From: an uncultured Actinomyces sp. | Lineage (GTDB): Bacteria > Actinomycetota > Actinomycetes > Actinomycetales > Actinomycetaceae | NCBI GenBank assembly: GCA_963536345.1 | Contig: CAUTAH010000005.1 | Coordinates: forward strand, 7,898-71,897 | Reading direction: 5' to 3' | DNA: 64,000 nt | Part shown: piece after piece, positions 29,603 to 41,974 of the stretch | Position numbering within the stretch: position 1 is the first letter of the stretch | Layout of the letters: each line of letters starts with the position of its first letter | Notes under the pieces: model-generated | Databases searched by the model: none | What the model saw: only the letters and a program-made list of their open reading frames with translations | Told to the model about the DNA's origin: nothing | Program-made: the position numbers and the translations under genes

Positions 29603-30799
29603 ATGACACAGCAAGTTGTCCTTCTAGGCTCAACGGGATCCATCGGCACCCAGGCCCTGCAGGTTATCGACCAATACGCAGAGCGTTTCGATGTTGTCGC
29701 GCTGAGCGCGGGTGGACATTCCCTCGAACTCCTTGCTCAGCAGTGCGTACGCTATCGCCCACAAATCGTGGGTATCCACAGCGGTGACGTTGATGAACTC
29801 GCTCAACTCATTCGCTCCAAGGGGGGAACTCTCCCGGAAATCTTCCACGGCGTAGAGGCCTCGACGCAGATCGCTGGATCTTTCCCCGAGGCCGTGGTTT
29901 TGAATGGGATAACCGGAGGCGTTGGCCTCGGACCTACACTCGCTGCACTTGAAGCGGGTGCAACCCTAGCCCTGGCAAATAAGGAATCCTTGGTTGTTGG
30001 CGGTTCCTTGGTACGCAGGTGTATGCGTCGACCTGGACAGATCGTTCCCGTTGATTCAGAACATTCAGCGATTGCTCAATGTCTGGAAAGCGGTGTGCAT
30101 GAAAAGGGATTGACTGCTTCTCGCGTGACAGGAAAGAGCGAGGTTGCCCAGCTTGTTCTCACGGCCTCGGGCGGTCCTTTCAGAGGAAAGAAACGCCATG
30201 AACTCACGGATGTCACTCCCCAGCAGGCTTTGGCACACCCGACGTGGAGCATGGGACCCGTTGTCACCATCAATTCCTCAACGCTGGTCAACAAGGGCCT
30301 CGAACTGATCGAAGCGCACCTTCTTTTTGATATTCCAGCAGATGATATTGTGCCGGTTGTTCATCCTCAGTCCATCGTTCACTCGATGGTGACGTGGAAA
30401 GATGGCGCAACGATCGCCCAGGCTTCTCCGCCCGATATGAAGCTCCCGATTGCTCTGGGACTCACTTGGCCTGAGCGGCTTCCTGATATTGAAAGACCCG
30501 TTGATTTTCTCCGCGCACAGGAGTGGACCTTCGAACCCGTTGATTTCGAGACTTTCCCGGCCCTCACTCTTGCTCGCACAGCTGTTTCAGAATCGGCAAC
30601 GCACCCGGCAGTCTATAACGCGGCGAACGAAGTTTTCGTTCAAGCCTTCCTCGAAGAGAGGCTTCCCTATCTGTCGATTGTCGACCTTTTGGCGCAGGTT
30701 CTTGGCGAACACTCTGGTATTGCGCAGCCAAGTGTGGAAGATATTCTCGGCGTTGAAGAGTGGGCGCGAAATCGGGCTGAGCACTTGTGTGCTTACTGA
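29603..30799 (+). CDS. dxr: 1-deoxy-D-xylulose 5-phosphate reductoisomerase
   Basis: LGSTGSIG, LANKESLV, PVDSEH, NKGLELIEA. Confidence 0.97.
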   Translation: MTQQVVLLGSTGSIGTQALQVIDQYAERFDVVALSAGGHSLELLAQQCVRYRPQIVGIHSGDVDELAQLIRSKGGTLPEIFHGVEASTQIAGSFPEAVVLNGITGGVGLGPTLAALEAGATLALANKESLVVGGSLVRRCMRRPGQIVPVDSEHSAIAQCLESGVHEKGLTASRVTGKSEVAQLVLTASGGPFRGKKRHELTDVTPQQALAHPTWSMGPVVTINSSTLVNKGLELIEAHLLFDIPADDIVPVVHPQSIVHSMVTWKDGATIAQASPPDMKLPIALGLTWPERLPDIERPVDFLRAQEWTFEPVDFETFPALTLARTAVSESATHPAVYNAANEVFVQAFLEERLPYLSIVDLLAQVLGEHSGIAQPSVEDILGVEEWARNRAEHLCAY

Positions 30800-30904
30800 T
30801 TGTGTCTGCGGATACGTACTAGATGCCGCTAGGCTGGAACAGGCTTAATAGGTCGGGGCAGTAGGAATACCGTCGCACGCATTGGATGAGGACGAAGGAC
30901 GAAC

Positions 30905-32134
30905 GTGGGAATTATCGGTGTAGTCATTGTCATCGTGGGTTTGCTGATCTCGGTTGCCCTGCACGAATGCGGTCACATGCTTCCTGCCAAGAAATTCGGC
31001 GTTTACGTTCCTGAGTTCGCTGTCGGTTTTGGCCCCAGACTTCTTGCGTGGAAGAAAGGCGACACGACCTATTCCCTTCGAGCAATTCTTCTGGGCGGCT
31101 ACGTCCGTATTGTCGGAATGTTCGCTCCGGCGCGTGAGGGGATAAAGACAACGAATAGTAGGGGAAAGCCTACGCTCGCCCAAGAAGCCCGCGAAGCAAG
31201 CATGGAAGAAATTCCTCAGGGCTACGAATCTCGCGCATTTTATCTCCTTCATCCAGCCAAGAAGATCGTTGTCATGCTGGGTGGGCCGATGGTCAATCTC
31301 TTCCTATCCATCGTGCTCATGACAGTTGCTTTGGTCGGGATCGGAATTCCTCGCGCCTCGCTGACGCTCGGCGATGTTCCCCAAGAACTGTCCTCGCAAG
31401 GAACAAGCGTCCAAGCTCCCGCATACGCGGCTGGAATTCGGCGTGGGGACACGATTACCGCGATTAACGGAACAGGTGTTCAGTCGTGGGATGAGATGCG
31501 CCAAGCGATTGCAAGCTCGCAGGGTGAAATTGGCGTCGACTATCTACGCCAAGGCCAGAGTTATCATGTTCAGATCGCCCCGCTGCGCACGGCTGATTCT
31601 GTGAGCATTGGTGTGATAGCCGGAATCGAATACCATGCGGCAAGCCCAGCGACCGTAGCCTCGTCAGTGTGGCAGACCTTTACCGGTACCGTACAAGTTG
31701 TCGTTCGCTTGCCACTTGCCTTGTGGGATGTTGGGCAATCGCTCGTTAAGGGCACGCCGCGCGATTCTGCAGGCGTGATGTCGGTTGTCGGAATTGGTCG
31801 AATCGCAGCAGATGCGACTTCTTCGGAGGTCACTGCTTCCAGCGGGGGATGGATGCGCTCGCTTGCACTACTTCTGTCGATTTTGGCTTCTCTCAATATG
31901 GCGCTTTTTGTTTTTAATCTTCTGCCTTTCCCCCCGCTTGATGGTGGGCATATTGTTTCCGCGCTTTACGAGTGGATTCGGCGTGGGATTGCTCGTGCCA
32001 GAGGCAGGCAAGTTCCGCCGCCCGCCGATACTGCTCGCTTGATGCCGCTGACATATACGATGGGCGCACTCCTGATCGCTATGACAGTCTTGCTGGTCGC
32101 AGCTGACATCATTGCGCCAATTTCTTTGCAATAG
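30905..32134 (+). CDS. rseP: RIP/M50 zinc metalloprotease with PDZ domain
   Basis: [17 protein letters not shown]; lies between dxr and ispG. Confidence 0.92.
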   Translation: MGIIGVVIVIVGLLISVALHECGHMLPAKKFGVYVPEFAVGFGPRLLAWKKGDTTYSLRAILLGGYVRIVGMFAPAREGIKTTNSRGKPTLAQEAREASMEEIPQGYESRAFYLLHPAKKIVVMLGGPMVNLFLSIVLMTVALVGIGIPRASLTLGDVPQELSSQGTSVQAPAYAAGIRRGDTITAINGTGVQSWDEMRQAIASSQGEIGVDYLRQGQSYHVQIAPLRTADSVSIGVIAGIEYHAASPATVASSVWQTFTGTVQVVVRLPLALWDVGQSLVKGTPRDSAGVMSVVGIGRIAADATSSEVTASSGGWMRSLALLLSILASLNMALFVFNLLPFPPLDGGHIVSALYEWIRRGIARARGRQVPPPADTARLMPLTYTMGALLIAMTVLLVAADIIAPISLQ

Positions 32135-32181
32135 AGCTGAGCCCGCGTGCCAGCCAGTTTCGAGTGGGAGATAATAACAAG

Positions 32182-33339
32182 GTGACTGAGATTAACTTAG
32201 GGATGCCGAGCGTCCACGAAAGCCCGTTTCCGCGTCGAAAGACTCGTCGAATCATGGTGGGGGATGTACCCGTCGGTGGTGGGGCTCCCGTTTCTGTTCA
32301 GTCGATGACGACAACGAAAACACACGATATCGGTGCGACACTGCAGCAGATTGCAGAGTTGACCGCAGCGGGCTGCGATATTGTCCGCGTTGCCTGCCCG
32401 ACCGATAAGGATGCTGAGGCGCTCCCGATTATCGTTAAGCAATCCCGTATTCCCGTGATCGCCGACATCCACTTCAATCCGAAGTATGTTTTCGCGGCGA
32501 TCGAGGCCGGTTGTGGTGCAGTTCGCGTGAACCCGGGAAACATTCGTAAGTTCGATGACCAGGTGAAGGAAATTTGCCGCGCGGCTTCCGATCATGGAAC
32601 GTCACTGCGTATTGGTGTGAATGCTGGGTCTTTGGATCCGCGCCTTCTCAAGAAGTATGGCCGAGCAACTCCCGAGGCCCTGGTTGAGTCTGCCGTTTGG
32701 GAAGCGTCGCTCTTTGAAGAAAATGACTTCCACGATTTCAAGATTTCCGTCAAGCATCATGATGTGCTCACGATGGTTCAGGCCTACCGTCTTCTTGCAG
32801 AGAAAGGCGATTGGCCTCTTCACTTGGGAGTGACCGAGGCCGGCCCCGCATTCCAGGGAACAATCAAGTCCTGTGCGGCTTTCGGTGTCCTTCTTGCCGA
32901 TGGAATCGGCGATACGATTCGCGTCTCGCTTTCTGCGCCTCCCGTAGAAGAAGTCAAGGTTGGCACGAAGCTTCTTGAATTTATGGGGCTGCGTGAGAAG
33001 ACTCTTGAGATCGTCTCGTGTCCTTCGTGCGGGCGTGCCCAAGTTGACGTGTGGACGCTGGCAGAAAATGTCACTGAAGGCCTCAAGGACCTTACTGTTC
33101 CCCTTCGCGTTGCCGTCATGGGCTGCGTGGTGAATGGCCCCGGCGAGGCTCGTGAAGCTGACCTGGGTGTGGCCTCGGGAAATGGTAAGGGACAGATTTT
33201 TATCCGTGGAGAAGTTGTTGAGACCGTTCCCGAAGACGACATCGTCCCGACCTTGATCAAGCACGCTAATCTTTTGGCTGAAGAAATGGGCTTGGAAGAA
33301 GGGGAAGGCTCTGTCGAGGTCATGCCCATCATCCGCTAG
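32182..33339 (+). CDS. ispG: HMBPP synthase
   Basis: [33 protein letters not shown]. Confidence 0.97.
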   Translation: MTEINLGMPSVHESPFPRRKTRRIMVGDVPVGGGAPVSVQSMTTTKTHDIGATLQQIAELTAAGCDIVRVACPTDKDAEALPIIVKQSRIPVIADIHFNPKYVFAAIEAGCGAVRVNPGNIRKFDDQVKEICRAASDHGTSLRIGVNAGSLDPRLLKKYGRATPEALVESAVWEASLFEENDFHDFKISVKHHDVLTMVQAYRLLAEKGDWPLHLGVTEAGPAFQGTIKSCAAFGVLLADGIGDTIRVSLSAPPVEEVKVGTKLLEFMGLREKTLEIVSCPSCGRAQVDVWTLAENVTEGLKDLTVPLRVAVMGCVVNGPGEAREADLGVASGNGKGQIFIRGEVVETVPEDDIVPTLIKHANLLAEEMGLEEGEGSVEVMPIIR

Positions 33340-33420
33340 GGGAGTTGCGCGATTGCGCTTCACGTATCCTTCACTACTAAGAAAACAATTGCTACTACCG
33401 CTTCAATGAAGGGGATTGTT

Positions 33421-33930
33421 ATGAAGATTCGTCACGTATTGGCTCTGGGCGTGCTGGGGTGTGCGGGTGCGATTTGCGCGACGGGTTTCCCGCGCCGTAT
33501 CGGATTGACCCGTTCCGAGGCCGCGGTCTCTCTGCCCGGAGACCTTGAGCTGCCTAACGCTGATGTCGTCGTCGATCGCTCGGTCGTTATCGATGCTCTT
33601 CCGACGCGCGTCTGGGAAGTTTTGGACGCTGCTTTTGAAGAGGATGAAGACGGTCGTGTGTTGATCCGCCAGGAAAACGATTGCTTGGTTATTCGCGTTC
33701 CTGCCCCCGGAAGCAACGTTGAGTGGGAAGACCAGGTTGAGGACTACACCGGTACCTGTACTTTTGCTCTTCTTCCCGAGGCCAACGATCGTACTCGCCT
33801 GCACCTGCGTGAGCGTCATCAGGCAACTGAGTCTGTTCCTGCGTGGCGCCTGTGGGCTGGAGTGTGCGCTGAGTCGTATTCCACCATGTCGATGCTGCGT
33901 GATTTGAAGGAAGCAGCAGAGGCTTTGTGA
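33421..33930 (+). CDS. Hypothetical protein, possibly SRPBCC/START-like, with hydrophobic N-terminus
   Basis: RSVVIDALPTRVWEVL resembles an SRPBCC N-terminal strand-helix; AAGGGG RBS. Confidence 0.55.
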   Translation: MKIRHVLALGVLGCAGAICATGFPRRIGLTRSEAAVSLPGDLELPNADVVVDRSVVIDALPTRVWEVLDAAFEEDEDGRVLIRQENDCLVIRVPAPGSNVEWEDQVEDYTGTCTFALLPEANDRTRLHLRERHQATESVPAWRLWAGVCAESYSTMSMLRDLKEAAEAL

Positions 33931-33944
33931 GCTGAACAATATGC

Positions 33945-33981
33945 CACGGCGGGTGCAGGCTTCGTGCCTGTGCCCGCCGTG
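33945..33981 (+). terminator. Hairpin between the hypothetical gene and the proS promoter
   Basis: CACGGCGGGTGCAGGC-TTCGT-GCCTGTGCCCGCCGTG. Confidence 0.6.
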
Positions 33982-33996
33982 CTTTAGGATTGAGGT

Positions 33997-35802
33997 GTGT
34001 TAAGAACTCTTTCCTCTTTTTTTCTGCGTACTTTGCGTGAAGACCCGGCTGATGCCGAGGTGATTTCGCATAAGCTCCTTGTCCGTGCTGGCTACATTCG
34101 TCGTACAGCTCCTGGCATCTACACGTGGCTTCCCCTGGGCCTGCGCCTTTTGCGTAAGGTTGAAGACATCGTTCGTGAAGAGATGGATGCGATGGGCGCT
34201 CAGGAAGTTCATCTTCCTGCGCTTCTCCCGGCGGATCCCTACAAGGAAACACATCGCTGGGACGAGTATGGCCCCACGCTGTTCAAGCTTCAGGATCGTA
34301 AGGGCGGGGACTACCTGCTGGCTCCGACCCACGAGGAGATGTTTACCCTCCTGGTGAAGGATCAGTATTCCTCCTACAAGGATCTTCCTCTGACTATCTA
34401 CCAGATCCAGACAAAGTATCGCGATGAAGCGCGTCCGCGTGCAGGTCTGATCCGTGGCCGTGAGTTTGTCATGAAGGATGCGTATTCCTTCGATATCGAC
34501 GATGCCGCGCTGGATGTTTCCTACCAGAATGAACGCGATACCTACGAGCGTATCTTTAAGCGTCTGGGCTTGGAATACGTCATTGTCTCAGCGATGTCTG
34601 GTGCGATGGGCGGCTCTCGTTCCGAGGAATTCCTCCACCCCAGCCCGATCGGTGAGGATACTTTCGTGCGTTCCCCGGGTGGCTATGCCGCTAATGCCGA
34701 GGCCGTGGTGACCCCCGCGCCGGAGCCGATTCCTTTCGACGGTATTCCTGCGGTTGAGATGCGTGAGACGCCCAATGCCCCGACGATCGATGCTCTGGTG
34801 GAGCGCTCGAACGAGCTCTATCCGCGTGAGGATCGTCCGTGGCAGGCCTCGGATACCTTGAAGAGCTTTGTGGTGACCTTGACCCATCCCGATGGGGAGC
34901 GCGAGGTTGTGCTGCTCGGCGTGCCTGGGGATCGTGACGTTGATATGAAGCGCCTCGAGGCCTCGGTTGCTCCCGCTGAGGTGGAAATGTCGACCCCGGA
35001 AGACTTGGCAAAGTATCCCGAGTTGGTTCCGGGCTACATCGGTCCTATGGCCGCTGGTCCGAACTCTCCCGCACGTCATCTGGATGAAGACGGCAACCCG
35101 GTTGGCGGGATCCGTTTCCTGGTTGATCCTCGCGTTGTTGATGGAACGACGTGGATTGCCGGCGCAAATACTCCTGGAAAGCACGTCTATTGGTTGACCA
35201 TGGGTCGTGATTTTACGGCTGATGGAACGATCGAGGCTGCTGAAGTCCGTGAGGGGGATCTTGCTCCCGACGGTTCTGGTCCTCTGCACCTGGAACGTGG
35301 CATTGAGGTCGGTCATATCTTCCAGCTGGGACGCAAGTATGCGAAGTCCTTGGGACTGACGGTGCTTGACGAGAACGGTAAGAGCCAGGTCGTCACTATG
35401 GGTTCCTATGGAATCGGTGTCTCCCGTGTTCTGGCTGCGCTTGCAGAAACCAATAGCGATGAGCGTGGTCTGGCATGGCCCGCGAATATCGCTCCCTTCG
35501 ACGTACACGTCCTGGCCACGGGTAAGACAGACGAGATTTTCGATACCGCAGCATCGATTTCATCGGCCCTGGACCGCGATGGTTTGGATGTGCTTTTTGA
35601 TGATCGTCGTAAGGTTTCTGCAGGCGTGAAGTTCGCGGACGCGGAGCTCGTGGGTATCCCGGTTTCGGTCGTCGTTGGACGAGGCCTTGCTGAAGGTAAG
35701 GTTGAGATTCGCCTGCGCGCGAGCGGGGAGTCTTTTGAAGTTCCGGTCGAGTCTGCGGTCGAGCGTATCGAGCAAATCCATCGTGATCTTTTGGGAAGGT
35801 GA
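33997..35802 (+). CDS. proS: Prolyl-tRNA synthetase
   Basis: [37 protein letters not shown] editing domain. Confidence 0.97.
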   Translation: MLRTLSSFFLRTLREDPADAEVISHKLLVRAGYIRRTAPGIYTWLPLGLRLLRKVEDIVREEMDAMGAQEVHLPALLPADPYKETHRWDEYGPTLFKLQDRKGGDYLLAPTHEEMFTLLVKDQYSSYKDLPLTIYQIQTKYRDEARPRAGLIRGREFVMKDAYSFDIDDAALDVSYQNERDTYERIFKRLGLEYVIVSAMSGAMGGSRSEEFLHPSPIGEDTFVRSPGGYAANAEAVVTPAPEPIPFDGIPAVEMRETPNAPTIDALVERSNELYPREDRPWQASDTLKSFVVTLTHPDGEREVVLLGVPGDRDVDMKRLEASVAPAEVEMSTPEDLAKYPELVPGYIGPMAAGPNSPARHLDEDGNPVGGIRFLVDPRVVDGTTWIAGANTPGKHVYWLTMGRDFTADGTIEAAEVREGDLAPDGSGPLHLERGIEVGHIFQLGRKYAKSLGLTVLDENGKSQVVTMGSYGIGVSRVLAALAETNSDERGLAWPANIAPFDVHVLATGKTDEIFDTAASISSALDRDGLDVLFDDRRKVSAGVKFADAELVGIPVSVVVGRGLAEGKVEIRLRASGESFEVPVESAVERIEQIHRDLLGR

Positions 35803-35807
35803 AGTAA

Positions 35808-36299
35808 ATGGCTCTTCGCGAGATTCGAGTGATCGGTGATCCGGTCCTGCGCACTCCTTGTGATCCCATTCGCGATATTGATCAGAGCGTGAAGGCGCTG
35901 GTTGAAGATCTCCTCGAAACTGTGGATATGGATGGTCGCGCTGGTTTGGCTGCGAATCAGATCGGTGTTGGGCTGCGCGCCTTTTCTTACAACATTGACG
36001 GCGAGATCGGCTACGTGCTTAATCCCCGGATCGTTGAACTCAGTGAAGATGAGTATCAAGACGGGGACGAGGGCTGCCTTTCTGTACCGCAGTTGTGGTT
36101 CCCCACTCAGCGTGCATGGTATGCGCGTGTGGAGGGCATCGATTTGGATGGCAAGCCTGTTGTTGTTGAAGGCGAGGAGCTTATGGCTCGTTGTCTTCAA
36201 CACGAATGTGATCACTTGGAGGGGATGCTCTACATTGATCGCTTGGATCGTAAGACTCGCAAACGCGCGCTGCGCGAGATTCGTGAGCAGAACTACTAA
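35808..36299 (+). CDS. def: Peptide deformylase
   Basis: [22 protein letters not shown]. Confidence 0.96.
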   Translation: MALREIRVIGDPVLRTPCDPIRDIDQSVKALVEDLLETVDMDGRAGLAANQIGVGLRAFSYNIDGEIGYVLNPRIVELSEDEYQDGDEGCLSVPQLWFPTQRAWYARVEGIDLDGKPVVVEGEELMARCLQHECDHLEGMLYIDRLDRKTRKRALREIREQNY

Positions 36300-36327
36300 A
36301 AGCAATATGTGAGTATCTATCTCGCGC

Positions 36328-36364
36328 AACTGCGGCGGATCCTCTGGGATCCGCCGCAGTTTTT
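36328..36364 (+). terminator. Intrinsic terminator after def
   Basis: AACTGCGGCGGATCC-TCTG-GGATCCGCCGCAGTTTTT. Confidence 0.85.
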
Positions 36365-36450
36365 AGGTTAGAATAGCTTCACACCGTTTGTTTGTGGCAT
36401 TGACGTAAGAGGACGTAGGGGAAGACGATCCTCAAACACAGGAGGCCACA

Positions 36451-36951
36451 ATGCGAGGGACCTATACCCGCGGTGTACTTTTCGTACACTCAACCCCGCC
36501 TGCTCTTTGTCCGCACATCGAGTGGGCCGTTGGTGCTGCCTTGGGAACTGAAGTTCATTTGCAGTGGACTCCGCAAGAAGCTGCTCCCGGGATGTTGAGG
36601 AGCGAGTACTCGTGGGTGGGCAGTGCCGGTTCTGGAGCCCGCCTCGCATCTGCACTTCGCGGTTGGGAACACCTGCGCTACGAAGTGACCGAAGAAGCAA
36701 GCCCGTCATGCGATGCTGGCCGGTGGTCTCACACGCCGTCTTTGGGAATCTTCCATGCCCAAATGGATAGCGTGGGCAATGTTGTTGTTCCCGAGGATCG
36801 CGTTCGCGCTGCAATTGAAAACGCCACTTCCTATGAGGAACTGCGTGAAGGATTAGATCTTGCTCTCGGTCAGGCATGGGACGATGAACTTGAACCTTTC
36901 CGTCATGCTGGAGCGGGTGCTCCCGTACGCTGGTTGAATCGAGTGGGCTGA
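36451..36951 (+). CDS. DUF3145-family protein
   Basis: GVLFVHSTPPALCPHIEWA, LRYEVTEE, WDDELEPFR. Confidence 0.85.
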   Translation: MRGTYTRGVLFVHSTPPALCPHIEWAVGAALGTEVHLQWTPQEAAPGMLRSEYSWVGSAGSGARLASALRGWEHLRYEVTEEASPSCDAGRWSHTPSLGIFHAQMDSVGNVVVPEDRVRAAIENATSYEELREGLDLALGQAWDDELEPFRHAGAGAPVRWLNRVG

Positions 36952-36954
36952 CCG

Positions 36955-37305
36955 ATGGGGACCATTGGCGATCTCCTAGGAGATGCACTCGGTCAAGCCT
37001 TGGCCTCGAATGCCGAAAATACTCCCGTAGACGCGATCGAGGGGGCACGCGAGAAAGCGCAAGAAGAAAGAAGTGCGCATGTCCGCGAGGTCGTCGTCAG
37101 TGCGGTGCATGCACATACTTCTATCGAGGAATCTCAGCTTCGCGATGGCCTTTCATTGGAGGAGCTCGACCTCGATACTCTTTCTCTCTATGCGATTGTC
37201 ACGGCAATTGAACATGAACTGAACATCAGCATTGAGGACGCCATCATTGCTGACTGGCACAGTTTTGGGGATATCTTCGCTAGCGTCGATGAGCTGACTC
37301 ACTAG
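36955..37305 (+). CDS. Acyl-carrier-protein-like protein with Thr at the phosphopantetheine site
   Basis: Acidic; LEELDLDTLSLYAIVTAIEHELNISIED matches the ACP helix II pattern. Confidence 0.7.
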   Translation: MGTIGDLLGDALGQALASNAENTPVDAIEGAREKAQEERSAHVREVVVSAVHAHTSIEESQLRDGLSLEELDLDTLSLYAIVTAIEHELNISIEDAIIADWHSFGDIFASVDELTH

Positions 37306-37370
37306 TTCTCAATTCGTGTCCTAAAATCAAAGAGAGCCATAGCTGACGCACTGAATCAAGGAGATAACAG

Positions 37371-38783
37371 GTGGCACGTATCGAAGAAGATCTGCTGGGC
37401 ACGCGTGAGGTTCCCGATGATGCATATTGGGGGATTCATACCCTGCGAGCTCTTGAGAACTATCAGATCAGCGGCCGCAGTATCAATCAAGTTCCTGAAC
37501 TGATTCGTGCCATCGTCCAAGTGAAGAAAGCCTGTGCGCTGGCGAACCGCGAATTGCGTGTGATTAGCGCGAAGTCTGCGGATGCGATTGTTGCCGCGTG
37601 TGATGACATTTTGACGAATGGTTCATGCATGGACCAATTCCCAATCGATCAGTTCCAAGGTGGCGCTGGGACAAGCGTCAATATGAACGCGAACGAAGTC
37701 ATCGCTAACCGCGCACTCGAAATGATGGGGTTGCCTCGAGGGGATTACTCGGTCATTAATCCCAACGATCACGTCAACCACTCGCAGTCCACCAACGATG
37801 CCTATCCAACGGCATTCCGTCTAGCCTTGCACGGTAAAGTCGAAAGACTGCGCACTGCCATCGAAGACCTCGCAGGGGCTTTTGACGCAAAGGGAGAAGA
37901 ATTCCACGACATTCTCACCATGGGTCGTACGCAGCTTCAGGATGCTGTTCCCATGACTCTTGGACAGGAGATGACTGCGTTTGCAGTGACCTTGCGCGAA
38001 GAGGATCCGCGTCTCGAGGCGAACTCGGAGTTGCTTCTTGAAACTAACCTGGGTGCAACCGCTATTGGCACTGGGCTCAATACTCCTGCGGGTTACCAGG
38101 AAGCAGTCGTGCGTCATTTGGCTCAGATCAGTGGGGCTCGAGTAAAGGCAGCAACCCACTTGGTTGAGGCGACGTCGGATACTGGCGCTTACGTTTCGAT
38201 GCACGCAGCGATCAAGCGTACCGCGGTGAAGCTTTCGAAGATTTGCAACGACTTGCGCTTGCTTGCCTCGGGGCCGCGCGCAGGATTGAACGAGATTAAC
38301 CTTCCGGAAATGGCAGCGGGTTCATCTATCATGCCCGCGAAGGTCAATCCCATCATTCCCGAGGTCGTCAATCAGGTCTGCTTCAAGGTCATCGGAAATG
38401 ACCAGACTGTAACGATGGCTGCTGAAGCCGGGCAGCTGCAACTCAACGTGATGGAACCGGTCATCGCTCAGGCGATCTTTGAATCGATCGATCTTCTGGT
38501 CAACGCTTGTGACACTCTTCGTGAGCGTTGCGTGAAGGGGATTACTGCCAATGCCGATGTGTGCCGAGCCTACGTCGAAAACTCGATCGGCATTGTCACC
38601 TACTTCAATGACGTGATCGGACACCATCTGGGTGACATCGTTGGAAAACGCGCCGCCGCTGAGGGGAAGACCGTGCGAGAAGTTATCGCAGAGATGGGGC
38701 TTCTCTCAGACGAAGAAGTCGAAGCGATTTTGTCGCCGGAGAACCTTGCAAACCCGCATTACAGGGGTGCTCACGTCGACTGA
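37371..38783 (+). CDS. aspA: Aspartate ammonia-lyase
   Basis: [34 protein letters not shown]. Confidence 0.93.
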   Translation: MARIEEDLLGTREVPDDAYWGIHTLRALENYQISGRSINQVPELIRAIVQVKKACALANRELRVISAKSADAIVAACDDILTNGSCMDQFPIDQFQGGAGTSVNMNANEVIANRALEMMGLPRGDYSVINPNDHVNHSQSTNDAYPTAFRLALHGKVERLRTAIEDLAGAFDAKGEEFHDILTMGRTQLQDAVPMTLGQEMTAFAVTLREEDPRLEANSELLLETNLGATAIGTGLNTPAGYQEAVVRHLAQISGARVKAATHLVEATSDTGAYVSMHAAIKRTAVKLSKICNDLRLLASGPRAGLNEINLPEMAAGSSIMPAKVNPIIPEVVNQVCFKVIGNDQTVTMAAEAGQLQLNVMEPVIAQAIFESIDLLVNACDTLRERCVKGITANADVCRAYVENSIGIVTYFNDVIGHHLGDIVGKRAAAEGKTVREVIAEMGLLSDEEVEAILSPENLANPHYRGAHVD

Positions 38784-38793
38784 TTAGTTTTGA

Positions 38794-38841
38794 TGAGACG
38801 CTGCTACCCGAGGAGTTTGCGCCCCGGGTAGCAGCGTCTCA
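38794..38841 (+). terminator. Hairpin after aspA
   Basis: TGAGACGCTGCTACCCG...CGGGTAGCAGCGTCTCA. Confidence 0.7.
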
Positions 38842-38882
38842 CGCTATTTGCATGTATGAGTGAAAAGTTGGATCAATGACAA

Positions 38883-38920
38883 AAGTGGGTGCGAATCCCG
38901 TTTGGGATCCGCACCCACTT
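38883..38920 (-). terminator. Terminator after aceE
   Basis: AAGTGGGTGCG...CGCACCCACTT, with a T-run on the minus strand. Confidence 0.75.
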
Positions 38921-38963
38921 ACATCAACTGCCCATCGGTCAATATGAGCCTTCGAGAGGATCT

Positions 38964-41696
38964 TTACTCGTCGCCGGCGTGATCGTTTCCGGAGATCGAG
39001 TAGTTGAAGAGCTGGTAGCGGTCGATCGCCTCTTGGACGAGGGAGCGATCAATCTGTCCGCGGTCAGCCAGAGCCTTGAGGACTCGAACAGTCATTGACT
39101 CAGCATCAATATGGAACCAACGGCGCGCAGCGCGGCGAGTATCCGAGAAGCCAAAACCATCCGCGCCCAGCACGTGATAGTCGCCGGGGACCCACTGACG
39201 GATCTGGTCAGGGAGCATGCGATCGAAGTCAGAAGAAGCAACGAAGGGGCCTTCGCTTCCCTGCAACTGAGAGGAAATGAAGGGGGTGCGTGCCGCTTCA
39301 CTCGGGTGGAGGAAGTTGAACTCTTCCGCCTCCAAGGCCTCGCGACGCAGCTCTGTCCACGAGGTGACCGACCATACCGCAGCGTCAACGCCCCAATCGC
39401 GGGCGAGCAGTTCGCGGGCCTCGCGTGCCCAGGGGACCCCGACGCCGGAAGCAAGGAGCTGAGCCTTAGGACCACCGAAGTTCTGGTGGTCATCCAAGCG
39501 GTAGATTCCCTTGATCAGACCGTTAACGTCCAGGTTCTCCGGCTCTGCAGGCTGGTGGATCGGCTCGTTGTAGACCGTCAGGTAGTACATGACATTCGGG
39601 TCGCGTCCACCTGCATCGCCGTACATGCGCTCCAAACCGTCGCTCATGATGTGGCGCAATTCGTAGGCATAAGCGGGGTCGTAACACACGAAAGCGTGAT
39701 TCGTCGCCGCAAGCACCTGAGAATTTCCATCCATGTGCTGGAGGCCTTCACCCGTCAAAGTCGTACGACCCGCAGTCGCGCCGATGACGAAGCCCTTCGA
39801 AAGCTGGTCCCCGGCAGCCCAGAACTGATCGCCTGTGCGTTGGAAACCAAACATCGAGTAGAAGATGTAGAAGGGGACCATGGGGAGGTTGTGGGTCGCG
39901 TATGCGGTACCGACTACCTGGAACGCTGCAGCACTTCCAGCCTCGGTGATACCGGTGTGCAGAACCTGCCCTTGCTCGGATTCGCGGTAAGAGAGCATCA
40001 TATCCGCATCAACCGGAGTGTATGCCTGCCCCGTTGTATTAAAGATCTTCGCCGAGGGGAAGATCGCATCCAGACCGAAGGTGCGAGCCTCATCGGGAAT
40101 AATCGGCACGAAATACTTACCGACATTCTTATCCTTGATGAGATCCTTAATGAGGCGGACCAAAGCCATGGTGGTTGCGACCTCAAGCTTGCCTGAGCCC
40201 TTGGAAAGAGCCTCGAAAGGCTTGGTGGGAAGCTCCGGGAGCTTCGGCTGGTGGTCTCGGCGCTCGGGGACCCAGCCGCCCAGCTTTTCACGAAGTTCCT
40301 TCATGTAGAGCAGAGCAGGGTGATCTGCCGGCGGCATGTAGTAGGGAGGCATGTAGGGATCGCGTTCGAGTTCCTCATCGGTGATGGGAATCTGCAGGCG
40401 ATCACGAAGCTGCTTTGCATCTTCCAAGGTCAGCTTCTTCATCTGGTGCGTCGAATTGCGACCGGCGAAGTGACTGCCCAGGGCGTAGCCCTTAATGGTG
40501 TGTGCGAGGATGGCGGTGGGCTGTCCGGTGTGTTCCATCGCAGCCTTGTATGCAGCGTAGACCTTACGGTAGTCATGACCGCCGCGCTGCAGTGCCCAAA
40601 TCTGGTCGTCGGTCCAGTTTTGAACCATAGCCTTGGTACGCGGGTCACGTCCGAAGAAGTGCTCACGAATGTATGCGCCATCATTCGCGCCGAAGGTCTG
40701 GTAGTCGCCATCCAGAGTTTCGTTCATCAGGTGAACAAGCGCGTCATCCTTATCCGATGCCAAGAGCTGGTCCCAACCGCGACCCCAGATGACCTTGATG
40801 ACGTTCCAGCCGGCGCCCTTGAAGAAGGCTTCGAGTTCCTGGATGATCTTGCCATTACCGCGAACCGGGCCGTCCAGGCGCTGCAGGTTGCAGTTGATGA
40901 CGAAGGTCAGGTTGTCCAAGCCCTGCTGCGCGGCAAGCTGAAGCATGCCGCGGGACTCGGGTTCGTCCATTTCACCGTCGCCAATGAAAGCCCAGGTGTG
41001 CTGGAGCGAGGTGTCCTTAATGCCACGCAGGTGAAGGTACTTATCAAACCAAGCCTGGTAGATGGCCTCGGCAGGGCCAAGACCCAGCGACACCGTCGGG
41101 AACTCCCAGAACTCGGGAAGCTGACGCGGGTGCGGGTAGGAGGGAAGGCCGTGCGCGGTGGAAACTTGCTGGCGGAATCCGTCCATCTGTTCTTCGGAGA
41201 GACGTCCCTCGACGAAGGCGCGGGCGTAGGGGCCGGGGGAGGCATGGCCTTGGAAGAACACGTGGTCGCCGCCGCCGGGGTGGTCCTTTCCGCGGAAGAA
41301 GTGGTTCAGGCCGACTTCATAAAGAGTGGAGACCGAGGCGTAGGAGGAGATGTGTCCGCCGACCTTGACACCAGGGCGCTGAGCGCGCGTCACTTGAACA
41401 GCGGCATTCCAGCGGATCCAGCGGCGGTACTGGCGCTCCATGGCCTCGTCGCCGGGGAAGTAAGGTTCCTGGTCAACGGGGATGGTGTTGACGTAGGGAG
41501 TCGTGTATTCCTGGGGGAGCTGAATGCCCTGGCGCCTTGCCTCATCCAGCATGTGCAGCAGGATGTAGCGTGCGCGCGGACCGCCCTTTTCCTCGATGAG
41601 ACCACTTAGGGATTCGACCCATTCGGAGGTTTCAGCAGGGTCGTTATCGGGAACCTGGCTCAATAGGCCGTTGACAACGGGATGGTTCTCGCTCAC
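38964..41696 (-). CDS. aceE: Pyruvate dehydrogenase E1, homodimeric type
   Basis: [19 protein letters not shown]hDP motif, [15 protein letters not shown]. Confidence 0.97.
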   Translation of the reverse strand: MSENHPVVNGLLSQVPDNDPAETSEWVESLSGLIEEKGGPRARYILLHMLDEARRQGIQLPQEYTTPYVNTIPVDQEPYFPGDEAMERQYRRWIRWNAAVQVTRAQRPGVKVGGHISSYASVSTLYEVGLNHFFRGKDHPGGGDHVFFQGHASPGPYARAFVEGRLSEEQMDGFRQQVSTAHGLPSYPHPRQLPEFWEFPTVSLGLGPAEAIYQAWFDKYLHLRGIKDTSLQHTWAFIGDGEMDEPESRGMLQLAAQQGLDNLTFVINCNLQRLDGPVRGNGKIIQELEAFFKGAGWNVIKVIWGRGWDQLLASDKDDALVHLMNETLDGDYQTFGANDGAYIREHFFGRDPRTKAMVQNWTDDQIWALQRGGHDYRKVYAAYKAAMEHTGQPTAILAHTIKGYALGSHFAGRNSTHQMKKLTLEDAKQLRDRLQIPITDEELERDPYMPPYYMPPADHPALLYMKELREKLGGWVPERRDHQPKLPELPTKPFEALSKGSGKLEVATTMALVRLIKDLIKDKNVGKYFVPIIPDEARTFGLDAIFPSAKIFNTTGQAYTPVDADMMLSYRESEQGQVLHTGITEAGSAAAFQVVGTAYATHNLPMVPFYIFYSMFGFQRTGDQFWAAGDQLSKGFVIGATAGRTTLTGEGLQHMDGNSQVLAATNHAFVCYDPAYAYELRHIMSDGLERMYGDAGGRDPNVMYYLTVYNEPIHQPAEPENLDVNGLIKGIYRLDDHQNFGGPKAQLLASGVGVPWAREARELLARDWGVDAAVWSVTSWTELRREALEAEEFNFLHPSEAARTPFISSQLQGSEGPFVASSDFDRMLPDQIRQWVPGDYHVLGADGFGFSDTRRAARRWFHIDAESMTVRVLKALADRGQIDRSLVQEAIDRYQLFNYSISGNDHAGDE

Positions 41697-41974
41697 TTGA
41701 TCTCGAACTCCTCTGGTTGGTTAATGGAAGCGTTTTATCGGACACGCCCTCGTGGTTACGGGTCTATTTTCGTCCCTCGGGACAGAAAAAGCGAGCGAGA
41801 ATAGGACTTCTGGCCCATGATTCTTGCCTCATTTGTTGCGGTGATAATTTCCGTGACACTGGGAAAATGACCGGAAAATGGAGAAAGAGAAAATTATTGC
41901 TCTGAGTGCATTACGATAAGACCCGTGATAAGCGAAGAAACACTGACAATGTCGTGGCTCAAAGGGGAACTCCG

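Noticed and set aside
29772..29781. DnaA-box-like words inside CDSs (GTATCCACAG in dxr; CTGTGGATA near 35920 in def)
   Set aside because: Single imperfect copies in coding sequence without the second arm; compatible with chance.
40251..41609. 452 aa plus-strand ORF (and 39111-40196) antisense to aceE
   Set aside because: Shadow ORFs caused by the strong codon bias of a highly expressed GC-rich gene; no recognisable motifs. The same applies to antisense ORFs over rpsB, proS, ispG and pheT.
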